The notes under the pieces were generated by a model. It was given only the letters and a program-made list of their open reading frames with translations. It was not told the origin of the DNA and did not search any database. The position numbers and the translations under genes are program-made. From Moniliella sp. 'wahieum' (lineage: Eukaryota), in the NCBI GenBank assembly GCA_003971905.1, contig RSEE01000044.1, positions 1 through 64,000 of the forward strand: 64,000 nt of DNA, written 5' to 3'. Shown here piece by piece: positions 25,895 through 38,968 of this stretch (positions within the stretch are counted from its first letter, which is position 1; each line of letters opens with the position of its first letter).

Positions 25895-27942
25895 ATGGCA
25901 TCCTCTACCGCCAAGGCGCGCCCCCGCAAGAGCAAGGAGGGCGAGCCAAGCGCCGCAAGGTGTCGCTGGCGTGCGTGTACTGCCGCCGCTCCCACATGAC
26001 CTGCGACTCGGAACGCCCCTGCCAGCGCTGTGTCCGCCGCGGCATTCCCACCTCTGCCATGACCGCCGCGTCCCGCCTCCGAGTCCCCGGCGCCCGCTCT
26101 GGCACCGACCAGCCGTCACCTGCATCGGCCTCCCGCCCCGCCCCCCCCTGCCCCCCCCGCCCCCGCCTCCCCCTCCGTCCCCCCCCGCACCAGCATGGGG
26201 CATCCTCCCCGCCCTCGGCTTCCCGCCCTCCGCCCAGTGGCCCCCGCTTCCCGCCGGCGCCCCGCCTGCCCCCCACCCGCAAGGAGCTGGCCTTATCCCC
26301 CCACAGCCATGGCGCAGCCACCCATCCCGCCACGCAACCCTCCTGGTTTGGCCTACCCCCCGGCCAACAGCAGTGGGATGGCGCGCTGCCCGAGACGACC
26401 ACCAGCACGAACGAATACCAGATGCTCAGGTACGTCGCCTTCTGTCCCTTTTTTCGCCACTAACATGGGGTGTGCAGTGACTTTCTCGAGAACCTCAACA
26501 GCGTGATGGGGTACCCAGGATATTCGCAGCCGCCCAACCAGAACATGCATGAACAACGCGGAATGTCTCTCGGGGCCGGCTCAGCGTTGGATAACCCCGC
26601 CCAGGTCATCCGAGAGTCCTTCCCCTGCATCGAGCTGCATCATCCAGTGCCATTGGCCGCAGTGGAGGAGGTGGGCAAGGAACACGGGCGTCAGCGCCTG
26701 TGGTGTCGGACAAGAGCGATGGACCGCCTGACCTCCATTGGACGAGCAAGACGGAAAAGTTTATTATGACCGCGGCGACAGCATGACGGTTCGCGTGCGT
26801 CCGGTTAGGAAAAGTGATTCGGGCCAAGCACGATGCCGGGCTTCTCAAGCCGTACAACCACATCAGGGCTACGCCCGTCTGCTCAAGTGGATGGATTGCA
26901 ATGTCAGTGCGGATTCGCGTCGTCGCATCCTGCAGCCTCTCTCCGTATTTCGACCGGCTTTCCGCGCCGTTGCTCAGCGCTTGACCGACATTGACCTGAT
27001 TTACATAGAGGAGGCGTTCGAACGCCTTCTTCTCGACTACGATCGCGTATTTGCCTCCCAGGGCATCCCTGCCTGCCTTTGGCGTCGCACGGGAGAAATC
27101 TACAAGGCCAACAAGGAATTTGCCGAGCTGATCGGTGTTTCCATTGACGCGCTTCGCGAAGGCAGACTTTGTATTTACGAACTTATGGCCGAGGGTACGT
27201 CCTTTTCTTGGAGGTGGTTTGGTATGGAGGGACTAACTGGAGTCGCAGAAGCGCGGTCAACTACTGGGAACGATACGGCGCCGTCTCATTTGATCCGGGG
27301 CAAAAAGCCGTACTAACAACCTGTGTGCTCAAAGTACGCAAGCCACCACGCCAACGTTCTTCAGTTCCTGTTGCACGGCAGATTGCGGCCCAACTGCCCA
27401 TTTCCTCACAAGCTCAGTCTGCCGCTACAGCGCCTCCCGCCGCCTCCAAACCCTCCTCTCCCAAAGACGATTCTGAACGCCATACCCGTCGAAGATCATC
27501 GGGTTACTCGGCGAGCGGTGGTTTAGGCCCATGGAAAATGACCACGAAAGATGAGGAGAGGGACGCCAGTCCGACCTCGGGACCCCCGGTCTCGGGTCCT
27601 TCCACCTCGGGTCCATCCACTTCGGGTCCATCCACCTCGGGCCCATCCGCCTCAGGCCCGTCTGTGCGCTCAGGTGCCACAGCGGCGTCAGTATCGGGCG
27701 CGCCCGTCCCTCCACGCCGGACGGCGGAGGGGTTGTATGAGCTCAAGTGTTGTTTCTCCTTTACTATTCGACGGGACCAGTGGAACATCCCCACTATGGT
27801 CGTCGGCAACTTCTTGCCCTTGACCCGGCCTGACACCAACGATCTCATTAATGGCTTTTGCGCCCGACTGACGTGTTTTTTGCATGGCCGTAGCTGCTGC
27901 AGTGAGGTTCAATGTGGAAGCAAGGCGATGACTGTGTTGTGA
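25895..27942 (+). CDS. RDS2: Zn2Cys6 + PAS transcription factor of the Rds2/AcuM gluconeogenesis regulator family
   Basis: KRRKVSLACVYCRRSHMTCDSERPCQRC; FERLLLDYDRVF..IPACLWRRTGEIY; CCFSFTIRRD..IPTMVVGNFLP. Introns ~26430-26478 and ~27195-27248. Confidence 0.9.
27592..27660 (+). repeat. 15-bp coding minisatellite encoding (SGPST)n
   Basis: TCGGGTCC(T/A)TCCAC(C/T) repeated about 4-5 times inside RDS2. Confidence 0.85.
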
Positions 27943-28328
27943 CGATGGGAAATGTATGGACAGAGTGCAAAAGGAACGAAAACGGATCACATCTTTTGCC
28001 CATATATCGCCAAGCCAGTTGGCTTGCCCAACTCACTTTTGTTTCCACCGTTCCCTTTGGCTGCTAAAAGAGCGGGGTCAGCGTCATGCCATTCTGCCAA
28101 AAAGAGCCCTTTTGGAGAGCAGGGCGTACGCACATGTGAAGATGAGTTGTGCCCAACCCCAGTCTCAGCGCTCAGCTCGTCATGGACAAACATGAGAAAA
28201 TGGATGGGCCACGGATGAGGGAATGGTCTGATCGCTTGGCATCGCACCCTGCCCCCATGTATCTGTTAGAATGTCACAGTCAGGATGGTAAGTGTGGCCG
28301 TGTCTTGCTTCGACACCAGGCCGCGACT

Positions 28329-29116
28329 TCAAGCGATACACTCAACCCACACAAGGGCTTTTGCCAGGGCTTCTGTTCCTTCTGTTGATTGGCTTTGGTT
28401 TTTTTGCGGTTGGTCAAGTTGTGGCTGCGTGCCTCGACTGCTTTGGTGTGCGTTGTACATCTTCCTCCTCCCCCTTTTCTTGTTCTTGTTCTTGTTCTTG
28501 TTCTTGTTCTTGTTCTTGTTCTTGTTTTGTTCTGTTCTTGTTCTTGTTCTTGTTCTTCTTGTTTGTTCTTGTTCTTGTTCTTGTTCTTGTTCTTGTTCTT
28601 GTTCTTGTTCTTGTTCTTGTTCTTGTTCTTGTTCTTGTTCTTGTTCTTGTTCTTGTTCTTGTTCTTGTTCTTGTTCTTTCTTGATCATCATCACCACCAT
28701 CAGGATCACCTTCATCTTCATCCTCCTCATCATCATCATCATCTTCCTCTTCTTCCTCTTCGTCTCTGTGCGATTGCGGGAACAACTGCTTCAGCGCATC
28801 GCGCACAGCTGGCAGATTGGCACCGTTGATGTGATGCAGGAGATGGTGCCACGGAGGAAGATAAACGTCGGCACAGAGTCGACGCCAAAGCTGTTGCTCA
28901 CCTCGGGCTGGGCCTCCGCTTCAACCACACCACCAGCAGAGGTGGGCAACGCGCACCAAGTTGTACGATCAATGACTTGATTTCCTGGCAAACAGCGACC
29001 CAGGGAGCGTAAAAGTACAGTAGACTGACCCGTTCCAGGTTGGATGACATGAGGTCCGTGAACTGCGTGGGCGACACAATCTCCACCACGTTGCATGCGC
29101 CTTCTGTTGAGGCCAT
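28329..29116 (-). CDS. Thioredoxin-like domain protein (Grx3/Grx4-type N-terminal domain) with acidic and repeat tail
   Basis: VSLLYFYAPWVAVC..EAEAQPEVSNSFGVDSVPTFIFLRG, then a D/E run and the (AAGAAC)n tract. No CGFS Grx domain found downstream. Confidence 0.65.
28477..28678. repeat. (TTCTTG)n microsatellite, long
   Basis: About 200 bp of hexamer units with a few interruptions. Confidence 0.97.
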
Positions 29117-30036
29117 ATCGTATCCAAGCGTCCACCAAGTCGCGTGGTCAGTGCTGTGGTTCGGCCCTGTGCCTCGGGGTATTGTCGGAGAGAGGTGTTC
29201 ACTCTGCCTATCTATATATTGGGTCGCACGTCCAACGAGACGTTCTGTGTGGTACCCCCCTCGGTAGGTATGAAGAGGTTTGCGTTAAATGATGCTTCCA
29301 AATAAATTGAACACTCCCCCCCTGCCGGATACCATGCTGCATTACTAATGCCCAGCACGGGCCCTGTCTCCCAAAAATGTGCTGGGTGATTGAGTGGATC
29401 TTTATGGTAGTGGAGGGTTGGTATCACGACAACCCAACTATACCGAATGAGCAGCTAATAGTCGCGCTCTCGATCACCATGTATACTAGAATTCCTTCAT
29501 CGCCTCCTTGTTCTACCGTGCGCCCTATTTTGGGTGAGAAGTGTTGGGTGCAGATAACTGTCCCGCACGGAACTTGCGCCAGAAGGTGGGGGAGGGAGAG
29601 ATCCGATCTCCACTCGAAAAAGGAAAAAGGACAAAAAGGTGAAGACGCATTTCGCGCGAAGACTTGGTTCAGTCACTAGAGTCACTCCTTTCCATCTGAG
29701 TTCGAGGCAGAAGTGCACATCCGTGTCGCGGATTGGGGGTTCAACAACCGTTCCCGGATGTGCCTGCGGCATCTCAGTTTACATGGAAAGGAAGCGTTTA
29801 CCCGGCACACAACGTGAGTGGGGAGCGTGAAGGAAGCTGTTGTCCGAAAAAAAAAGAAAGAACACTGTCACTCTGAAGCTGCTGAAATTGGCTTATTGGC
29901 CGTGTGGTTTTGCTGGAGCAACATAGAGACGATACCCAATCTACTTGCCTGGATTCAATGCGAACTGAACATGGTATTAATGAACGAGCAATGGAGACAG
30001 GGAGCTTCATCCAAGGAGTAAAGAATGTAGTGGACG

Positions 30037-32242
30037 TTATGCGTTCACGTCACGAGGTTGACGCATCAAAATGTCTCCAGCTACACGAGTAGTATAAGGC
30101 GTACGCAGGCCCTCAGGAGCTAGAGTGAGGGGAAAAAAGCTGGGCCAGCCATCAAAGTCGGGACGTTCGTCTTCCCTCGGTGCCAAGGGCAGTGTGGGGA
30201 GCGACGAAGTGCCATTGAAGTTATCGTCTGGGAGAACCATGTCCTCGTCCACCTCATCTGGTCCGGCTGCGCGACGAAGAACGGAGACACTCTGGGATGC
30301 CTGTTGCGCTTCAATATGCTCCCTTGCCTGGCGCAGGGATGAACGGGCAAAGCTTGCCCAGGCGCGCACGAAGAACGGGTAGTCTCCTCTCGGTTCCGCA
30401 AGGCCGCTCGTCGCTGAGCTTGGGCTGCTGGCCAGAGAGAGGCCAGAAAAGAGGCCAGCAATTCCCGAGCTGTCCATGCGGGATCCGGGGGAATATCGCG
30501 CGGGAGTTTGATGCGCCTAGGATCAGGCTCACCTTGGGGACGTTCCTCGCCCGCTAACCCAGCCACAATTGCGTGAGGTAGAAACTGGCGACCCTCATGG
30601 TCGGGAGGTGGAGCAGGAACGGGAAGAGACAGCCTTTCGTTCTCCTCTCCCAAATCCCATGTCCCAACCCACTGGGCCCAGCGAGTAAGCGAGAAGGCAT
30701 TATGCATCCAGCGGAGGGGGAATCGTCGTACCCCTGTTGCTCTTGGGCTTGTGCGGGTTCAGGAGGTGCAAGACCATCGGGAGGGGGGATGGTATTTGCA
30801 TCGCGCGCTTGGCGTAGCAGTCGACGGTAATCAACCAAAAACATCGCGATGATGAATAAAAGCAAGACGAATATCGCTCCCTGACCCACGCGTCTGTCCG
30901 TGTACTCATCTTGCGTGAGCGGGTGTGAGGGTCGCGGCTTTAGCGCTGTGCGTACCGAGGGAAGCAGTCTGGTAATGGCCAAGGCAAAATAACGTTCAAG
31001 AGACGGAACATGGCACGAACGGTTGTTCGCACTATGATGGGGAAGTGCAGCATTGCCGCCTCCCGTGCAGCAGCGATTGTCCGTCGTGCATTTTCGTCTG
31101 CTAAGGCTTGCCGCGCGGCCAATACATCTGATCCAAGCCGCATGTCAGGCCCCGGTTGCACGTGCCAGGGTGGGAGGGCTGGGCGACCAGGACCTGCTTG
31201 GGCTCTTAGCGCTGGGAACCTTGGTTGCTCCGTTTGCCTTAGGGGAGCCTCAACAGGGGTGGATTGCAGTGGATATGGAGTACGCGACATGAGCATGTCC
31301 ATTGCCGCTGCTAGCCCCTCCTCGTTGGAAAGAGGCGGAGAAGACAAAGTCATCAACGCGGCTTCCAAGGGGGTAAACCGGTTGAGCGACACCCACTCCA
31401 GGTACGACAGAGGGGACTGGAGTTGGCTCCACATGGAAGGGAAGGAGCTTTGACGTAGTGTGAGAACAGAAGCGCCGGACTGGACATGGTACTCGTTCTT
31501 TCCAGGAACAGGGATGCGAGTATCGGAGAACAGAACAGATGCTCCAAATTGAGCCCAAGGGCAGAGGGGTAGGCCCAACAGACGATCAATATTGTTGTTG
31601 GCTTCCAGTACCTCCTTGATTGGACTGGGCGCAGTCTCCGTGTTACCCCAATATACTTGCAAGGCCGATATAGGACTCAGAGGAACGGGCAGGCCCGGAG
31701 GTACTGCGATTGGAATAAGTTCGTTCACCACCCCCCACACATCGGCCATTCGCCGCGCCCACAGAGAACGTGAGGTGTAGATGAGCTCATACACCTGGTG
31801 GGGGGACCCAATGACTGCATTAAAGAGAGGACTGCACCGCGCGCATAGTGATGTCGGTTTGGTCGGCTGGATCAGGCCGAGGAGGGGATGATGGGGGCTG
31901 TTCATTAAATGAGGCGCTCGGTGGACCGGACGGCGCAACCGACGGGTACTGAGGGCGGCCAATGGGTACCCTCTCGGTCCATGCGTTGGGGGGTATGGAG
32001 ACGTGAAGCATGGGCGGCGGAGCGTCCTCGTCGCTTGCGGGGAGGATGACAAGGTCGTCATCAGCGCACACGCGACCAGCGCGGATGACTCGGATTGCTT
32101 CCATGCGGGGGCGGCCGGGCCACTGCGACACAAGCGCCTTGACATCGGCCACCACGGCCCCAGATTGGATCTGGAGGGGGGTGTCGTCGATAACTCTGCC
32201 AAGCGCGTCCGGAGATGGGCACTTGATCAACACTTGCGGCAT
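30037..32242 (-). CDS. Ubiquitin-like-domain membrane protein, Usa1/HERP-like (ERAD)
   Basis: N-terminal UBL (VADVKALV..WPGRPRMEAIRVIRAGRV..LHVSIPP), a central hydrophobic segment, and C-terminal LLASFLASLWP. Confidence 0.65.
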
Positions 32243-32505
32243 GGCAGCGAAGCGGTGGCAGGCGGCCCGGTGAGGTCGGAGAGAGGCACAGCGGTGGCAA
32301 TTGCGCCGCTGCTATAAGCGCAGCGTTCTGAAATATCTCCTTCATTACGCAATCTGTCACTGATGTTCAGATTTCCCCCTGCCGCGACACACCCATTTTT
32401 GTTGCGGGCGGACCACCACGCCAACGTCCGCAACGCGTCGCTCCCAAGACAGCCAGTGCAAGCCCCAGCACTACCGCAAACACCGAGAACGGACACGCAC
32501 AAGTC

Positions 32506-34318
32506 ATGGGCCACGGAAACACCAATGCTCTATATGTCCGGTCATCGGAGCGCACGACGGCGCCTCCCGGCACGAGCGCTTCCTCAGCCACTGCCGGGCA
32601 CGAGGCTTTGACGTTCGATCACTGTGCTCTGACATTCCAGCCGTGGGAGCATCCTGTGGCGGTGGGCATGCCCGACGGCAAGACCGCTCGAGTGTACGAA
32701 CTGACCAATATTGTCCCGTACGCGGCCAAGTACAAGTCTGATCCTTGGTCTGGGGAGCCGCTGGAGCCGAGCCAGCTAGTGCCCCTGCACTTCCACAAGA
32801 ACGAAAAGGGCGAATATGCGGACCCAGTCACCTTCCGCGCCTTTGGATCGCACACCCACCTGGTTGTTGTTGTTCCCACTGGGAATGTGTATTCGTATGA
32901 AACAGTCCGAGAGCTCAACGTGCGCGCACGCAATTTTGTCGATCTTGTCGATCAAGAAACCCCGTTTGACAAGCAGCGCGACCTCTGGACCATTCAAGAC
33001 GACCAAGGCGCCATCAAGGCTGACCAGGTTCCGGCGCATGTCGCCCATCACCGTACCCTAACCGAAGCTGACCGCCAAAAGTTTGGGGGTGGTGATGAGT
33101 GTTCTCAGCAGGTCAACCATGCTGCCGCTGGTGGTGCCGCAGCGCGACTGATGCAGCAGCTCCGGCAAAAAGAAGAGGAAAAGACTTCCAAAGAACAAGG
33201 GGTTAGCAAACCCACACATCCATCTGCTTCCAAGCCCGTATCCCAACTCGCACTATCTAAGGCAGCCAATCCTCCAACTGGAGCTAAGCAACTCATGACG
33301 ACTGGTGCAGCAGCAGCATCGTTCACCAGCAGCACTATGACCCCGCAAACAAAGAATGAGCAGATTGGAATGACCGAGGAAGATGAGCTATTTGGTGCAG
33401 TTCGGGCGTTGGCACAACGTGGTGGAAAGCCAGTCCGAGCTTATGTTCGTCTCGAGACCAACTTGGGCAAGTTGGATTTGGAGCTGTTCGTGGACAAGGC
33501 ACCTGTTACCGTACGTCCTTTCATCCAAGCCAAGCGAAAATAATTGAGCTGACATTTCCTCCAGTGCTGGAACTTCCTCCAGCTTTGCCGTAAAGGATAT
33601 TATGCGGGCACCACCTTCCACCGCGTCATTCCCGGTTTTATGGCCCAGGGGGTGACCCTACCGGAACGGGGAGGGGAGGCGAGTCGTATTATGGCCACAT
33701 GTTCGGGGATGAGTTGGCAGCTCAAGGGAACCCCCATCGACACACCCAGAGGGGCACCCTTTCCATGGCCAACCGAGGGGCCAACACCAACACTAGCCAA
33801 TTTTTTATCACGTTTGCTGCCAGGCAACACCTTGATGGTAAACATACCGTCTTTGGTCGGTTGGCCGACCAGGGAGGGTCCGAGCGTACCCTTACCGCCA
33901 TCGAACGTACCCCCACTGCTGCCAATAACAACCGACCCTTGAAACCGATTGTAATTGAGGTTGCAGATGTGTACTTTGATCCCATGGAGGAGCAAGCGCA
34001 GAAGCTTCAGGCCAAGCGACTACGTCAGGCCCAGCCATGGCTGACAAAGAGGCCAGACAAGCTCATCGCCGGGCGCGGGAAACCGATCGCACCACATGGC
34101 TTGGGACCAACCTGGACGAACCCAAATCAATGGCATCGCCCCAGGGAGGAGTAGGCAAGTATCTCTCGATTGCTTCTTCTGGCGAGGCATCTGCCCAAGG
34201 CCCGCATCGATCTTCGGTTGTCAAAGCCAAATCCAGACCCCCGCCTGCGGTCCCTGATTCTCGAGGAGGAAAGAAGCGTAAGACCCAGGGTGGGTTTGGT
34301 GACTTTTCTTCTTGGTAG
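32506..34318 (+). CDS. PPIL2: U-box cyclophilin PPIL2/Cyp60-like
   Basis: [85 protein letters not shown], ends GGFGDFSSW*. Intron 33511-33564. Confidence 0.93.
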
Positions 34319-34729
34319 TTGCATGTTAATCTACACATCGTCTCATTATTCCTCTTTATCAGACTCGGGTACAGAGAGGTATGTAGATTCTTTAGAGAGG
34401 AGGAAAGGAATGTTACGCTCAAAGCAGCATGGACTTGATGGGGTAGGTGGTGCTACTACACGAGAGTCACAGGACTCTGCCCGGATGGTGACAGCGTCCA
34501 TCGGCCAGCGTTGGGGAACAGGCTGCCAACCTAACTATTAAACTTGATGGTGCTTCTTGGCCATTCCCACACCTTTCCCCGCTAATGCGTATTGGGTCAC
34601 AGAGGGGCAGCACTGAAGCCAAATTGATGGTTGAACCGGTCCACAGCCTGACACTCTGCTCCGGTTGATACCATGGGTTGATTCTCTTTCGTGGTGAACT
34701 AAAAAGAAATACGCTTTAGGAGACATCAT

Positions 34730-36028
34730 TCATTCCTCCAGTGCAGCAAGTACGAGGTCATTGATCTGGCTCACGTGGCGCATCGCGTTGTGGTTGCCAT
34801 CCACCAGGGTGGGCGCATAAAGATGACCGTCAAATCATGTGCTGGGTCGTGCATGAATGACGCGGCTCCCGATCCTTGGGATCCAAACGCTGAGGGGGAT
34901 GCGAGTTTCCCCAGGTGGGTAAGGAAGTCGCCTTGACCCCGAGAAGAACCACCCAGCAGGTTGAATTGGGCTGGGAATGTTTCTTCGTCCTTGATGGCGG
35001 CTTTGGTCATGCGGGCAGATTTGAACATACCCCAAAGGCCAATGGTACCTCTCAACTGCGTAATGACGGATGCCTTGTCAAAGGCAGTCATGGCCACGAA
35101 CGGTCGATCGCCCACATGGTTCTTTTTGGCAAGCGCCAGCAATTCAGGGGATAGCGCTGCAGGTCCACGCCCCACAAGCATCTCGCTGAACTTGAACACA
35201 TCCCGTACCGTACTGGATGCACCCGAGGATGAGGATGCCTTGGTCTCGTCCAGGCCATTCATAACCTTGGTGAAAATATCCGTGTAAGGCGTCCGAGAGG
35301 CAACTGCATACTCCATCGGAACCCGAGCAGGATCATCTACTGGCAAGCTGAAGGTAGTGCCCTCCAGACCCAAAGGCTCAAAGAGCTCCTCGTGGGCAAT
35401 CTCGTTAAATGACCTTGACTTGGGATCGGAATTTACCAAAAGTTGACCTAGAACGTCGTATCCAGCTCCGGAGGAATACACACACCCTTCTCCGGGAGTG
35501 AAGAGCGAGTCCAGGTCTGCCGCAGCAGCCGCAGACTTTTCCAGCTCACCCATTGCCTGTAGCGGGAGGGGGGGCGAAATGGTGGCGGTGGGAAGGCCCG
35601 CCATATGGCACAAAAGGTGTTCGACGGTAGCGTTTTCTTTTCCCTTGACGGCGAACCCAGGCATCAGCTCATCGACGTGAGTTGTCAGGTCGAACCAGCC
35701 CTCCTGGATCGCACGCAAGACGAGCACAGCAGTAAATGCCTTGGAAGAGAGAGAACCATATGCTTGTCATTCTCTTTAACCTGTCTCCCGGGAGCAGCCT
35801 GGCCAACAAGGGCCTGGTGCACCACATCCCCCTGTGCGCCACAAGCAAATTGACCCCAAGATGCACTCCGTCCTCAACGTACTGCTCGAGCGCCTGGTCG
35901 ACCTGTGCCAACTTGGCCCGATTCAGCTGTGCATGCGCGACAGCTGTTGTAGAAATGGTACGCCGAGCACACCGCGGCAGTGCAGCCGCGTACACCGACG
36001 ATAGCAGCGACGCTCGTTGCAAAAGCAT
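34730..36028 (-). CDS. Beta-lactamase-fold serine hydrolase (class C / EstB-like esterase)
   Basis: SxxK motif FSLSKAFT (across a frameshift), TVEHLLCHMAGL, YSSGAGYDVLGQ, ELFEPLGL, AFGSQGSG. Arg/Ser/Leu-rich presequence-like N-terminus; no intron seen. Confidence 0.85.
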
Positions 36029-37037
36029 TGTGGGCTGCCGGCGGCTTGGTGACGGGGTGCGGCAGAGGGACGGAGCGAACAACGGAAGAGAACAGGCTTT
36101 GAATATTGAAGCTACTATTGAAGCAGGCTGAGGCGTTGAGGGCGAAACCACATCGAGTCGAAATTGAACATTGCAGCGTGGTCGTTTTGGATGCTTTGAA
36201 ATCATAAGCAAGATAGTTTGAAATTGTAGCATTGCAAGATCGTACTCGATCGAAGCTACTAACTACTCAAGATGCATGATGGATGATGGCACGTGACGGG
36301 ATGCATGATTGGGACCGGGAGGCCGGGGACTGCGGACCAGAGACGGACGTAATGCATAACGGTTGTAACACGTAATCGCGCGTAACGCGTAACCGCGTAG
36401 CCGGCGTAATCAGCGGGGTGTGTGCACCACCATAGTGGACAGTCGTCACGTGCCTGCACAGGGCAGCTGTACCCAGAGCCGCGGGCCGGGTTGCGGGTTG
36501 CGCTTTCCGGTTGCCACCCGGTAAAGTACCGGTACTCGGGTTGTTGATTCCCGGTAGTAAGAAGGTTCCCGTGCGGAGTAAAAGCAATCCCGGACGCTGC
36601 CCCAACCGCGCCTCGCGCCGGCTGCGCCAACCTGCGTCTGCAGGCGCCAGCGCCTTGTCCTGGTGGGGTTAACGTGACGCCTGGGAGGACAGCATTTCAA
36701 GCAGCCAACACACCCATCATGCATCAACATCAAGCCCCACGCACTGGGGATTAGGTCGGTTAGGCATTGACGACCGGGGCCGGCTATCGGGATGCCTTCG
36801 GCCCGGTGTCATTACTCAGTACTCAGCGCCCGGTCTGGTTGCCGCCTCCAAAAGACGGGGAATAAGCTCCGTTGCGGGGCGATGCGCTGTATAGCGTTCA
36901 AGTGCGTTCCGCTATAAAGCAGCCCAGTATCTCACCCCCAAAGCCCTCCTTGTCAACAGCTCCTCCTCCTCGCCTCCATCGGTGCTCTGCCGTGTTCTTG
37001 CCCGCTCTGCTCTCGTGCCCTGCCCCCTCCCTCTGCC

Positions 37038-38743
37038 ATGGCCAGCATCCACAACCCACTCCCCGTTCCGCCGCCGCCCACGGGCAACGCGATTTTGACC
37101 GTCCGCTCCAACCCCAAGCATGTGCCTGACAATGCCCCTGCCTACGTCCGCCTCGACGGAAAGACACTGACTCGCGGTGAGTTTAACCTCAAGGCCGATC
37201 AGCTGGCATGGGCCCTGCGTTTCAAGCTCAAGCTTGCACCTGGTGATCGTGTGGCCGTCGTGGCTCCCAACTCGACGTACTATCCTTTGCTGCTGCATGC
37301 ATGCCTCATCTCTGGCGTTGTCGTCGTGCCCGTTGCTCCCATGTACACCGCCGATGAGTTGATGCACCCTTTCAGCGATTCGGACATCAGCTACGTCTTT
37401 GTCCATCCCGATCAAAGCTCAATGGTCGCCGTCCGCACTGCCCTCGAGAAGGTCAATCACCCCCGCGCCAACGACAAGGACATTATTTGGCTCCTATCCG
37501 ACGCTGATCAGCTGGCTGAAGGTCCCCTGGGAGAGAAAGACGTCCGCACCCTCTTGGGATCGGAACGGCTTGAGCCCATTCACGTCGAGGACGCGACCAC
37601 TATGACGGCGTTCATCTGCTACTCCAGTGGAACATCGGGGAAGAGTAAAGGTACCATTCTGACCCACGGCACATGAGTGCCATGGCCAACATCCTTATCG
37701 TTGCCGACCCGACGTGTGGTATTGACGCCGGGCGCTTGCCGTGCTGCCGATGTACCACATCTTTTCGTTGACCATCTACTGTCTTGAGCACTTCACCTGT
37801 GGCGCACCGGTGGTTGTCATGCCGGCGTTTGAGCTTGAAGCATGCTGCCGTGCAATCGAGAGGTACAGGATCCAATGGATGGCAGTCGCGCCTCCCATAA
37901 TGGTTCTCTTTGCCAAGAGCCCCGTGGTGGACAAGTTCGACCTATCCTCGCTTCACGGAGTCATCTCTGGTGCCGCTCCACTCTCGGACGAGCTAGCCTG
38001 CCAGGTGGAAGCCCGATTGCCCGGTCTCCATGTCGCACAGGGCTATGGCTTGACTGAAACCAGTCCCGTCATGGCCATCAGTCACCCGGCCGAATACAGC
38101 AAGGGCCCATTCCGAGGTTCGGCGGGACAGATTGTGCCCGGGATCGAGATTCGCCTGGTTGATCCCGAGACAGGGGACAATGTAAGCAACACCGTGGGTA
38201 AAGGGAAAAACGGGGGCACGTTGGAAGGGGAAATTTGGGTCAAGGGACCCACCATTTTCAGGCAATACTTGAACAATGCTGAGGCCACCCCAACTCCTTC
38301 CCGGAACCTGATTGGTTCGCCACGGGCGACATTGGCTATGTCAACCAGAACCATCTCTACATTACCGACCGCCTCAAGGAACTAATTAAGACAGGAGGGA
38401 GGCAAGTGGCACCTGCCGAGCTGGAGGGGATTCTACTTGATTCACCTCTTGTGGCCGACGCTGCTGTCGTGCCCGTCTATGTCAAAGCCAAGGCCACTGA
38501 GTACCCACTTGCATTCATTGTCCTCTCTCTCACTGCAGAAGGGATGGACCATGCTGAGGTGATCAAGGCCGTGCAGAAGCATGTGGATGACAAGGTTGTC
38601 TTTTACAAGCGTCTACGGGGCGGTGTGCGCATTATTGACCAAATCCCCCAGCGCAAGATCCTCCGCCGGATCCTGAAGAGCCAAGTACAGGCCGAGCAGC
38701 AAGCACTTGAGGCCAAGCAGGCTGGACTCTCGCCAAGCTGTGA
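37038..38743 (+). CDS. 4-coumarate-CoA ligase-like AMP-binding acyl-CoA synthetase, probably peroxisomal
   Basis: YSSGTSGKSKG, LPMYHIF, SGAAPL, QGYGLTETSP, GEIWVKGP, DRLKELIK, APAELEGILL. An adjacent frame ends LAKL-TGA (PTS1). Confidence 0.92.
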
Positions 38744-38968
38744 TTAATTATCCCTTCATATGTCTGGTCTCACTTTCCTTCCATTTCCCACTTGTCCATT
38801 CCTTCCAAGTATTTCTTCGTGTACAGAGATGCATACTGTGCTGTGCCATCACAATTACGAGACTCACAAAGAGCGAACGAGATTGATGGCTGTGAAGTGT
38901 GTGGCATGATACATAGACGATCGGGAAACCTGCGTGGGGGATCTGCCAGCACCATTGAATTGTACGGT

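Noticed and set aside
28285..28980. ORFs with poly-CS, LF or VL runs suggesting metallothionein or membrane proteins
   Set aside because: Translations of the (TTCTTG)n microsatellite.
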